A stretch of 25,097 bases of DNA from Anaerolineae bacterium (lineage in GTDB: Bacteria; Chloroflexota; Anaerolineae; S140-20): NCBI GenBank assembly GCA_027021705.1, contig JALUTT010000150.1, positions 1 to 25,097 on the forward strand, in the 5' to 3' direction. Positions 15,130 through 23,272 of this stretch are shown here, piece after piece; the first letter of the stretch is position 1, and each line of letters begins with the position of its first letter. Both the position numbers and the translations under genes were made by a program. A model generated the notes under the pieces. It saw nothing but the letters and a program-made list of their open reading frames with translations, did no database searches and had not been told where the DNA came from.

Positions 15130-18018
15130 ATGATGGACACCGACGCCGCCGGCGAACCCAGACACGGGAGAATCCGCTTGCCCCTGGCCGTCGCCATCCT
15201 CCTCCTGGCCTGGGCCATCCGCCTTTGGAAGCTGGACGGGTCCGACCTGACCTTCGACGAAGCGGCGACCTACTTCGTCGCCCACCGCTCACTGCCCGCC
15301 ATCATCGCCTACCTCCTCCAGGCCAGCCGGGAGCATCCCCCCGTCTACTACCTCCTGATCCACGCCTGGATGGGGGTGGCAGGGATCAGCGAGTACAGTC
15401 TGCGCCTCTTCTCCGTCCTCGCCAGCCTGCTCAACATCGCCCTGCTGGGCCGTTTGGTCCGTCGGCTGGACAGGAGCTTCGGCAGAACCGGGGTGTCGGC
15501 GACGGGGGCGATGCTCCTCCTGGCCCTGCTCCCGATGGAGGTCTACCACGCCCGGGACGCCCGGATGTACACCCTCGTCGCCACCTGGGCGCTCCTGGCC
15601 GCCCTGTTCTTCCTGCCCCTGCTGCGCCCTGCCCCGATCCCGCCTGCCTCCCGCCGGCGCTCCCTCGCGCTCCTGGCCGGCGTGAACGGGCTGGCTCTTT
15701 TCACCCACTACTACCTGGCTCTGCTCATCCTCGTGCAGCCGGTGGTGCTCCTGCTCCTGCGCCGCTGGCGGGCGCTGCGGGATTGGGCGCTCCTGCACGG
15801 GCTGCCGGGGCTGGCGGGACTGATTTGGCTCTCCCAGGTGCCCGGGCCGGCCGCCACCCTCCGCGAGGCCTGGGGCCGCTTCCATCCGGTGCTGCCCACG
15901 GCTGCTCAGCTCCGCCGCCTCCTGGCTGACCTCCTCTTCAGCCCCATCCGGGGCGTGCCCTGGCCCCTGGTCTACGCCATCGCGCTGCTGGTGGGAGTCG
16001 GGGTAGTGCGCCTGGCGTGGCGTCGGTGGAGGCCGGCCCTCTGGCTGGCCCTCACCCTGCTCCTGCCCGTCGCCCTGGCCTATCTCCTGCCGGAGCCCCC
16101 CCGCTCCCGCTTCCTCACCTACCTGCTCCCCTTCGTCGCCCTGGCCCTGGCCTCGGCCACCGGGCTCGCCGCCCCTCGAGGACGATGGGAGGCCCCGTCC
16201 GACGTCCTGCTCCCCCTGGCGGGTCTGGGGCTTCTGCTCTTCCAGGTCTGGGCCCTGGGGGTCTACGGGCTGCCCCGCACCCTGCGCTGGGAGAAGTCCC
16301 GCTACGGACGGACCCTCGCCACCGTGCGGGCCTACGCCCGCCCCGACGACGGGGTCCTCTTCTACGGCCCCTGGCAGTGGATCCCCTTCCAGTACTACGA
16401 CCCCGGCGGGCTGCCCCCCATCACGCTGCTCCCCCCCCAGGCCCCGCCCCTGCTTCAGCCGGAGGAGGCAGAACCGGTCCTGCGCGACCTGCTGACCCGC
16501 TACCGGCGGCTCTGGGTGATCCCGGCCGCGGTGGACGACGTGGACCCCCGCCACTTCGCCGCCGGGTGGCTGAACCGCCACGCCCACCCCGTCTGGAAGC
16601 GGCCCGACCTCCGCCTCTACCTGCCGCCCCTGCCGGAGACCGCGCCGACGGTGCGCCCGGCCCTGCGCTACGGCGAGGGGCTGCGCCTGGCCCAGGTGGC
16701 CTACGATGCGCCGCCCATCCCGGCCGGCGAACCCCTCCGCCTCACCTTCGTCTGGGAGGTCGCCGGGCCGGTGCCCGACTTCCAGGTAGACCTGACCCTG
16801 ATGGACGAGCGGGGGCGGGTCTGGGGCCGCTGGCCGGCCTTCCCCGGCGAGGACTACCATCCTCCCGTCCAGTGGCAGCCCGGCGAGGTGGTGGTGGACC
16901 GGCAGGGGCTGCTCATCCCCCAGGGCGCACCGCCGGGGGAGTACCGCCTGCGCCTGACGCTGGTGGAGCGGGCCGGCGGAGCCCCCCTTTGGCCGACCCA
17001 GGGGACGGCAACCCTCTCCGACCCCGCTGTGGACCTGCTCTCCATCACCGTCACCCATCCCACCCACCCGCCGGTGCTGTACGGCCTCTTCGACTCCCCG
17101 CCGGCCACCTTCTGCGCCCCCGATGCCCTGCCGTGGCTCCCGGAGACCGACTGCCTGACGCTGGCCGGCTACGAGCCGGGAGGACGGCGCTTCCAGCAGG
17201 GCTACCCGGTGCTGCTGAAGCTCCACTGGCTGGCCCCCTCGGCCCTCTTCACCCTCATCCACTGGCCCGGCGTCGAAGCCCGCCTCCGGGTGGAGCCGTT
17301 GCTGGGCGTGCCGGGGTTGGAGAGTCTGGCCTTGCATCCCCCTGCCTGGCTCCCCTCTCGGCGCTCCTCCCCCATCCTCCAGGAGGACCTGGAGCTCCCC
17401 GGCGACGCCGAGACGCCCGAAGGGCGGCTGCTCAGCCAGCCCGTCGCCCTGGAACTGCCCCCCGATGCGCCCCCTGGGCCGGCCCGCGTCACGCTGGAGG
17501 TGGTGGGGCCGGAGGGGGAACCCTGGCCCCTCCAGGGGGAGAAGCGGACCGTCGTCGAGCTCTTCCGCTTCACCATCGAAGGGCGGCCTCGGCTGCGACG
17601 GCTCCCGTCCGGGCTGACGCCCATCGAGGCCGACTTCGGGGCCCAGATCGGCCTGCGGGGCTACCGGATCGAGGGCGACGCCCGGCCCGGGGGCGTCCTG
17701 CGGATCACCTACGCCTGGTACGCCCTGCGCCAACCCGAGGCCATCTACGCCGTCTTCAACCACCTGATCGCTTCCGACGGTTCCATAGCGGCCCAGGTGG
17801 ACGGCTGGCCTCAGGAGGGCCGCCTGCTCACCACCCAGTGGCAGCCGGGGGAGTACATCGAGGACCACTACACGCTGCGGATTCCCGCCGACGCACCGCC
17901 GGGGCCGTACACCCTCTACGTGGGGCTCTACCGGGCGGACACGGGGGAGCGCCTGCCCGCCCTTCAGGCAGGGCAACGGCTTCCTGAGGACCGCCTCCCT
18001 CTGCCCTGGACACCCTGA
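15130..18018 (+). CDS. GT39/PMT-like (GT-C fold) membrane glycosyltransferase with C-terminal extracellular domains
   Basis: TFDEA, EHPPVYY, LRLFS, DARMY, many TM helices; repeated WQPGE...IP..APPG.Y.L modules. Confidence 0.85.
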   Translation: MMDTDAAGEPRHGRIRLPLAVAILLLAWAIRLWKLDGSDLTFDEAATYFVAHRSLPAIIAYLLQASREHPPVYYLLIHAWMGVAGISEYSLRLFSVLASLLNIALLGRLVRRLDRSFGRTGVSATGAMLLLALLPMEVYHARDARMYTLVATWALLAALFFLPLLRPAPIPPASRRRSLALLAGVNGLALFTHYYLALLILVQPVVLLLLRRWRALRDWALLHGLPGLAGLIWLSQVPGPAATLREAWGRFHPVLPTAAQLRRLLADLLFSPIRGVPWPLVYAIALLVGVGVVRLAWRRWRPALWLALTLLLPVALAYLLPEPPRSRFLTYLLPFVALALASATGLAAPRGRWEAPSDVLLPLAGLGLLLFQVWALGVYGLPRTLRWEKSRYGRTLATVRAYARPDDGVLFYGPWQWIPFQYYDPGGLPPITLLPPQAPPLLQPEEAEPVLRDLLTRYRRLWVIPAAVDDVDPRHFAAGWLNRHAHPVWKRPDLRLYLPPLPETAPTVRPALRYGEGLRLAQVAYDAPPIPAGEPLRLTFVWEVAGPVPDFQVDLTLMDERGRVWGRWPAFPGEDYHPPVQWQPGEVVVDRQGLLIPQGAPPGEYRLRLTLVERAGGAPLWPTQGTATLSDPAVDLLSITVTHPTHPPVLYGLFDSPPATFCAPDALPWLPETDCLTLAGYEPGGRRFQQGYPVLLKLHWLAPSALFTLIHWPGVEARLRVEPLLGVPGLESLALHPPAWLPSRRSSPILQEDLELPGDAETPEGRLLSQPVALELPPDAPPGPARVTLEVVGPEGEPWPLQGEKRTVVELFRFTIEGRPRLRRLPSGLTPIEADFGAQIGLRGYRIEGDARPGGVLRITYAWYALRQPEAIYAVFNHLIASDGSIAAQVDGWPQEGRLLTTQWQPGEYIEDHYTLRIPADAPPGPYTLYVGLYRADTGERLPALQAGQRLPEDRLPLPWTP

Positions 18019-18060
18019 CCTGAGTGACCAGGACCGATGGTTGGCAGCTGGTCATCAGTT

Positions 18061-18088
18061 GTCGGCGGTCAGAGGTCAACGGTCGGCG
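18061..18088 (+). repeat. Heptamer array GTC(A/G)(G/A)CG, 4 clear units with degenerate flanks
   Basis: gtcggcg gtcagag gtcaacg gtcggcg. Confidence 0.6.
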
Positions 18089-18171
18089 GCTGGTGATTGG
18101 TCATCGTCTCACGAAGGCCCTTGGACGTCCGTTTGTTGTCAGCCCTCTGTCAAGCCGGCGGGGAGTTTCTG

Positions 18172-18180
18172 TGGTAAACT
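18172..18180 (+). promoter_or_regulatory. Possible extended -10 promoter TGgTAAACT for the lipoprotein gene
   Basis: TGnTAAACT with no clear -35. Confidence 0.45.
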
Positions 18181-18202
18181 AGCCGCTGCAGATTGTACCG
18201 GT

Positions 18203-18324
18203 GTATCTATTCAGCCTACCCTCCCGCAGGTCACCGGTCGAGAGCGCTTTCAGCCCCAATGGGCTCTTGGAAGCACGGTTTCGCGTCGGAAACGCGCCTA
18301 ACCTGCGGGAGGGTGAACAGTTAC
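18203..18324 (+). mobile_element. 122-bp MITE-like element, copy 2
   Basis: GTATCTATTCAGCCTACCCTCCCGCAGGT...ACCTGCGGGAGGGTGAACAGTTAC; flanks gtaccggt / gtaccggc. Confidence 0.85.
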
Positions 18325-18372
18325 GTACCGGCTCTCACCTTAAGTGAAAGAAGCGAAAGGAGGTTGTTCTCC

Positions 18373-19563
18373 ATGAGTCGTCGAGCAGTACAGGCTTTGG
18401 TCATAGGGATCGCGTTGTTGAGCCTTGCCGCCCTGGCCTGCAGTCTGGGTGGGACGAAGGCGACACCGACCCCTGCTCCCACCAGCCCACCCCCTCAACC
18501 GAGCCCAACGCCGGAGGCGGCTGCTCCGGCTGCCACCCTGATGCCCACCCCGCCGCCCCAGGCGGACACTCCGACACCCCCTGTGCCCCCTCCATCCACC
18601 TCGGAAGGTGCGCCTGAGGGAGAAGCCGCTCCCTTGGACCTGGGCTCCCTGCTCCTCTCCGCCGAGGAAGAGCGGCAGGGGCTGGCCCAGTTCGACAGCT
18701 ACCGGACAACGCTACGGATGACCTTCTCCGGCCTCAACGTGGGGGTGGTTGAGGAGGGCACCGTGGAGATCGAGACGGCCTACGTGAAGGAGCCCCCTGC
18801 TGCCCGCGTGAAGATGATCATCCGCAATGCCCAGGGCGAGGAGCAGATGAACGTCGAGATCATCAACACCCAGGGAACCCAGTGGGTGAACCTGAGTGGT
18901 GGGGAAAAGGGGTGGATCTCCGCTCCGGCTGACGAGGACCCAACGGCGATGCTGGAGGGGATGGGCTTCGATGCCACGGAGGTTCTGCCGGAGGTGAAGA
19001 GCACCCGCTTCGTCGGTGAGGAGGTGGTCAACGGCGTGCGCACGAAGCACTACGCCTTCGACGAGAAGAGCCTGGCTGGCATCGGCCAAGAGATGGGCGA
19101 GATCAGCGTCAAGGGCGACGTCTGGATCGCCGTCGAGGGCAACTTCGCCGTCAAGTTCCAGTTCGTCGCCGAGGGTAAGGGGCTCTTCGAGGAAGGTAAA
19201 GGCGAGCAGGAAGGTCAGATAGACTTCTACTACGAACTCTACGACATCAACGTCCCCATCACCATCGAGCCGCCGGCGGGGGCTGCGTTGCCGGAGGACA
19301 TCCCCATTATGCCCGATGCGACCGACCAGGGGAGCATGGGCGGGATGATCACCTACTCCTCTCCCAGCGACTTCCAGGCGGTGCTGGAGTTTTACCAGAC
19401 AGAGATGAAGGCCAACGGCTGGACCAGCACCGGCGAGGACTTCGTCGGTGAGGACGTTGCCACCTTGAGCTACCAGAAAGGGGAGCGTCGGGTGACGGTG
19501 ATGCTCTCGGTGGACAAGGACAGCGGTCGGGTGGATGTGCTGATCACCATCGAGGGGCCCTAG
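18373..19563 (+). CDS. Lipoprotein with a Pro/Thr linker and probable LppX/LprA (LolA-like) fold
   Basis: Lipobox LAALA-C, PTP-rich linker, GEEVVNGVRTKHY, DVWI, YDINVPITIEPP; AGGAGG RBS before ATG 18373. Confidence 0.82.
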   Translation: MSRRAVQALVIGIALLSLAALACSLGGTKATPTPAPTSPPPQPSPTPEAAAPAATLMPTPPPQADTPTPPVPPPSTSEGAPEGEAAPLDLGSLLLSAEEERQGLAQFDSYRTTLRMTFSGLNVGVVEEGTVEIETAYVKEPPAARVKMIIRNAQGEEQMNVEIINTQGTQWVNLSGGEKGWISAPADEDPTAMLEGMGFDATEVLPEVKSTRFVGEEVVNGVRTKHYAFDEKSLAGIGQEMGEISVKGDVWIAVEGNFAVKFQFVAEGKGLFEEGKGEQEGQIDFYYELYDINVPITIEPPAGAALPEDIPIMPDATDQGSMGGMITYSSPSDFQAVLEFYQTEMKANGWTSTGEDFVGEDVATLSYQKGERRVTVMLSVDKDSGRVDVLITIEGP

Positions 19564-19577
19564 GCGGCCCAAGCCAG

Positions 19578-19607
19578 GCCCCCTGCCTGCGGGCAGGGGG
19601 CTTTTTT
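19578..19607 (+). terminator. Intrinsic terminator
   Basis: gccccctgcc-tgcg-ggcagggggc followed by tttttt. Confidence 0.92.
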
Positions 19608-19634
19608 GACCAAGGCCCTTGCTTGTGCTACAAT
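19606..19634 (+). promoter_or_regulatory. Promoter TTGACC-N17-TACAAT (extended -10) overlapping the terminator U-tract
   Basis: TTGACC aaggcccttgcttgtgc TACAAT. Confidence 0.8.
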
Positions 19635-19761
19635 AGGGGTGTCACTTCAGGCGACATGGTGCTAAGCACTCACCCATTCGGAGCCCTTATCGGGGACCCC
19701 CCACCCCGTGGTCTTCCCAGCGGGCTTCGAGGACACAGCGCAGCGCTGGCGAGGGTAAACG

Positions 19762-20454
19762 ATGAGTGAGATGATCCTGGTTGTCGAAGACGACCCCGTG
19801 GCCCTCCGGGTCACCCAGGATGTGCTGGAGGCTGCCGGCTATCGGACCGTCGGAGCCCAAAATGGCCGCGAAGGGCTGCGCCGGCTCTACGAGGCCCGTC
19901 CCGACCTGGTCATCCTGGACATCATCCTGCCCGACATGGACGGCTGGGAGGTATGCCGGCGCATCCGTGAGATCACCTCCGTACCGATCATCTTCGTCAC
20001 CTCGCGGGGACGCACGGAGGATCGGGTGAAGGGGTTGCGTATGGGGGCGGACGACTATCTGGTAAAGCCCTTTGCCCCCGCCGAACTGGAAGCCCGGGTG
20101 GAGGCGGTGCTCCGTCGGGCCCGGCTGGCTCCCGCCAAAAAGCCTTCCTTGCTCCGCTTTGCCAACGGGGAACTGGTCATTGACACCCAGGCCCGGCGGG
20201 TGGTTGTCCGGGGTCAGGAGGTCTCCCTCACCCCCACCGAGTACCGGCTGCTCCTCTTCCTGGCCGAGCACGCCGGCGAGGTGCTGGCCATCGAGACGAT
20301 CGGTGCCGAGGTCTGGCCTGACGAGAAAGCCTCCAGCTCCGAGAACATCCGCTGGCACGTCTGGCGACTGCGTCAGAAGATCGAAGCCGATCCTGAGAAG
20401 CCGGCCTTCATCCTGACCGCGCGGGGGGTGGGGTACCAGTTTCGAGGGAGTTGA
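19762..20454 (+). CDS. OmpR/PhoB-family response regulator
   Basis: ILVVEDD, DLVILDIILPDMDG, GADDYLVKPF, LTPTEYRLL, RLRQKIE, RGVGY. Confidence 0.95.
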   Translation: MSEMILVVEDDPVALRVTQDVLEAAGYRTVGAQNGREGLRRLYEARPDLVILDIILPDMDGWEVCRRIREITSVPIIFVTSRGRTEDRVKGLRMGADDYLVKPFAPAELEARVEAVLRRARLAPAKKPSLLRFANGELVIDTQARRVVVRGQEVSLTPTEYRLLLFLAEHAGEVLAIETIGAEVWPDEKASSSENIRWHVWRLRQKIEADPEKPAFILTARGVGYQFRGS

Positions 20455-21082
20455 GCCCCTGTCCTGTCGGCGGCACGGAGCTGAGCCACCGCTCCTCCTG
20501 CGAAGGGGAGAGCGGCGAAGCCGACAGGAAAAAGGAGAGAGGGGAGGGGATAGGCCGGTTGATCACACCGCTCAGCAGCGTCCAGGAGAGGACCAGGGAG
20601 GCCGGACTGGTGCTGTCTATCCGAATCCGGGGCACATCCTCCGGCAGGGGCTCGGCGGAGCGGAGCATCCGCATCACGACGGGCAGCCAGTAATCCAGCC
20701 CCTCGGGACGGGCTCCCAGGCGGCGGAGTAGTTCCTCCCAGGAGGTATGAACATCCAGGAAGAGGATGGGATGGCCGAAGCGGCGGGCCAACTCAATGGA
20801 CCGCTGCTGGGCCACACGGGTCAGATGGGTGGCGTCCAGGATCACCGTCTCACCGGCGTCCAGGAAGATCGCCGCCCGCTGCAGGGTCAGCGAGTGCACC
20901 AACCGCCAGTAGACCAGGTGCTCCTTCTGACTCTCCTCGAAGATGAGAGGGGGCAGGGGGGGCAACATCCCCAGCCGGGTCAGCAAGTGCCTCGTCTCGT
21001 CAGACGAGGCGATGGGCAGGTCCAGGGCGCGCGCCAGGGTTGTCTTCCCGCTCCCTGGCAGACCTCGGGTGCAGATCAGCAT
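20408..21082 (-). CDS. P-loop kinase (AAA_33-like)
   Basis: GLPGSGKTT Walker A and VILDAT; starts 6 nt after the Rieske gene stop. Confidence 0.8.
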   Translation of the reverse strand: MLICTRGLPGSGKTTLARALDLPIASSDETRHLLTRLGMLPPLPPLIFEESQKEHLVYWRLVHSLTLQRAAIFLDAGETVILDATHLTRVAQQRSIELARRFGHPILFLDVHTSWEELLRRLGARPEGLDYWLPVVMRMLRSAEPLPEDVPRIRIDSTSPASLVLSWTLLSGVINRPIPSPLSFFLSASPLSPSQEERWLSSVPPTGQGLNSLETGTPPPARSG

Positions 21083-21088
21083 AGCGCC

Positions 21089-21400
21089 CTACTCGATCTT
21101 CACCAGGATTTCGTCCCCTACAAGACGAACCTCGTAAGTGGTCAGGGGGACCACGGCAGGGAAAGCAAGCACCTTCCCCGTGCAGACGTTGAAGCGGGCC
21201 CCGTGGCGAGGACAGACGATGACGTCACCCTCCAATTCCCCTTCGGCCAGGGGGCCATCGTCGTGGGTGCAGGCATCCTGAAAGGCGCAGAACCGTTCCC
21301 CCACCCGGGCGATGGCCACCGGCACGTCTCCCACGAAGAAGACCTTCACCTCTCCCGGCGCGATCTCCTCTACACGAGCCACCGGCACGAAGTCGCTCAT
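21089..21400 (-). CDS. Rieske-type [2Fe-2S] ferredoxin
   Basis: CTH and CPRHGARF ligands; ATGA overlap with sufU. Confidence 0.93.
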   Translation of the reverse strand: MSDFVPVARVEEIAPGEVKVFFVGDVPVAIARVGERFCAFQDACTHDDGPLAEGELEGDVIVCPRHGARFNVCTGKVLAFPAVVPLTTYEVRLVGDEILVKIE

Positions 21401-21792
21401 CGGCGCTCCTCCTCGCCGGGCCACCCCTTGAGGCCGTAGGCTCCCGCCTTGAGCACCTTGAGGGGGAGCAAGGCGCACTTGATGCGCACGGGCCCCAGGG
21501 GGATGCCCAGCATCTCCAGGATGTCCTCCTTGCTCAGGTGACGGATCTCCTCCAGCGTGCTGCCCAGGATCCGCTCGGTCAGCATCGAGGCCGAGGCCTG
21601 GCTGATGGCGCAACCCTCGCCGCTGAAGCGGACCTCGGCGACCCGATCGCCGTCCAGCCTGATGTCAATGCGGATGTGGTCACCGCAGACCGGGTTGTCC
21701 TCCTCGTAGGTGATGTCGGGGTTCTCCAGCGTCCCGTAGTTGCGGGGGTTCTGGTAGTGGTCTAGGATGTTCTCGCGGTAGAGGTCCTCCAT
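21397..21792 (-). CDS. sufU: SufU/NifU-like Fe-S assembly protein
   Basis: LYRENILDHYQNPRN, NPVCGD, GCAISQASAS, RIKCA. Confidence 0.93.
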   Translation of the reverse strand: MEDLYRENILDHYQNPRNYGTLENPDITYEEDNPVCGDHIRIDIRLDGDRVAEVRFSGEGCAISQASASMLTERILGSTLEEIRHLSKEDILEMLGIPLGPVRIKCALLPLKVLKAGAYGLKGWPGEEERR

Positions 21793-21809
21793 CCGAATAT
21801 CGCTCCTGT

Positions 21810-21922
21810 GTATCTATTCAGCCTACCCTCCCGCAGGTCACCGGTCGAGGGCGCTTTCAGCCCCGATGGGCGATTTGACGCACGGTTTCGCGTCGGAAAC
21901 GCGCCTAACCTGTGGGAGGGTG
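21810..21922 (+). mobile_element. MITE-like element, copy 3, lacking the last 9 bp
   Basis: Colinear with copy 2 from GTATCTATTCAG to GGGAGGGTG; no target duplication visible. Confidence 0.82.
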
Positions 21923-21935
21923 GTGTCCCCTTCCC

Positions 21936-23186
21936 TCACGGCCGGCGGCGGCGGTGAAAGATCGCCTTCACCCGGTAGAGCGCTTCCACCAAGCGGTCCA
22001 CCTCGGAGGGGACGCTGTAGATGTAGAAGCTGGCCCGGGTGGTCGCCCCCAGCCCCAGCTTCTTGTGCAAGGGCATCGCGCAGTGGTGGCCAGCCCGCAC
22101 GGCGATCCCCTCCCGGTCCAGCAGGGTGGAGATGTCGTGGGGGTGGGCTCCCTCCAGGGTGAAGGCGACGACGCCCCCTCGCTCCTCGGCCGGCGGGCCG
22201 TAGACGCGCACGCCGGGAACCTCCTCCAGCCGCTCCAGGGCGTAGGCGACGAGGGCCTCTTCGTGGGCCCGGACCGCCTCCATCCCGATGCCCCGCAGGT
22301 AGTCCACCGCCGCGCCCAGGCCGATCCCTTCGGCGATGGCCGGCGTCCCCGCCTCGTACTTCCAGGGCAGTTCGTTCCACTCCGCCGTGTGCCAGTCCAC
22401 CCGCAGGATCATATCCCCGCCCCCCAGGAAAGGCGGCATCTCCTCCAGCAGCTCCCGCCGGCCCCAGAGCACGCCGACGCCGGTCGGGCCGCACATCTTG
22501 TGGCCGGAGAAGGCCAGGAAGTCGGCCCCCAGCGCCTTCACGTCGGTGGGCATGTGAGGCACCCCCTGAGCGCCGTCCACCAGGACGATGGCCCCCACGG
22601 CGTGGGCGGCGTCGGCGATCCGGCGCAGGGGGGGGATCGTCCCCAGCACGTTGGACATCATCGTACAGGCCACCAGCCGGGTGCGGGGGGTGATCAGCTC
22701 GTCGAGCCGGCTCAGGTCCAGCCGCCCCGCCTCGTCCACCGGGATAAAGCGGAGGCGGGCCCCCTTCTCCTGGGCCAGCAGTTGCCAGGGCACCAGGTTG
22801 GAGTGGTGCTCCATCTCCGTCAGCAGGATCTCGTCCCCCGGCTCGATGTGGGTCCGCCCCCAGGTGTAGGCGACCAGGTTGATGCTCTCCGTCGTGTTCC
22901 GCGTGAAGATCACCTCCCGCCAGCTCTCCGCCCCGATGAACTCGGCCACCTTCCGGTGGGCCTCCTCGTAGGCCTCTGTCGCCTCCTCGCTGAGCAGGTG
23001 GATCCCTCGGTGGATGTTGGCGTTGCTCCGCCGGTAGAAGGTCTCCATCGCCTCCAGAACCGGGAGGGGCTTCTGGGAGGTGGCGGCGCTGTCCAGGTAG
23101 ACCAGCGGCTGCCCCCGCACCTGGCGGGAGAGGATGGGGAAATCGGCACGTATGGCCTCAACGTCCAAAGGGCTTGTGAAAGTCAT
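21936..23186 (-). CDS. sufS: Cysteine desulfurase SufS
   Basis: YLDSAATSQKP, EHHSN, DGAQ, SGHKMCGPTG (PLP Lys), RAGHHCA (catalytic Cys). Confidence 0.97.
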   Translation of the reverse strand: MTFTSPLDVEAIRADFPILSRQVRGQPLVYLDSAATSQKPLPVLEAMETFYRRSNANIHRGIHLLSEEATEAYEEAHRKVAEFIGAESWREVIFTRNTTESINLVAYTWGRTHIEPGDEILLTEMEHHSNLVPWQLLAQEKGARLRFIPVDEAGRLDLSRLDELITPRTRLVACTMMSNVLGTIPPLRRIADAAHAVGAIVLVDGAQGVPHMPTDVKALGADFLAFSGHKMCGPTGVGVLWGRRELLEEMPPFLGGGDMILRVDWHTAEWNELPWKYEAGTPAIAEGIGLGAAVDYLRGIGMEAVRAHEEALVAYALERLEEVPGVRVYGPPAEERGGVVAFTLEGAHPHDISTLLDREGIAVRAGHHCAMPLHKKLGLGATTRASFYIYSVPSEVDRLVEALYRVKAIFHRRRRP

Positions 23187-23243
23187 CGTTCGTCTCTCCA
23201 GGCTCAGGCCTGTGAAAATTCGGAGTCCTTCGGTCGAATAGGG

Positions 23244-23272
23244 ATTTTACTACACCTTGGGGCTCAGGGCAA
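23244..23272 (-). promoter_or_regulatory. sufS promoter TTGCCC-N17-TAAAAT
   Basis: Minus strand TTGCCC tgagccccaaggtgtag TAAAAT. Confidence 0.65.

Noticed and set aside
18193..18372. Upstream extensions of the lipoprotein ORF (and likewise of the rplS, tldE and Rieske ORFs)
   Set aside because: The extensions run through the MITE, promoters or neighbouring genes; the downstream starts fit the RBS, signal peptide or family N-terminus better
11584..21922. The three 122-bp repeats or the short arrays as a CRISPR array
   Set aside because: The copies are dispersed by kilobases with no repeat-spacer periodicity, and there are no cas genes
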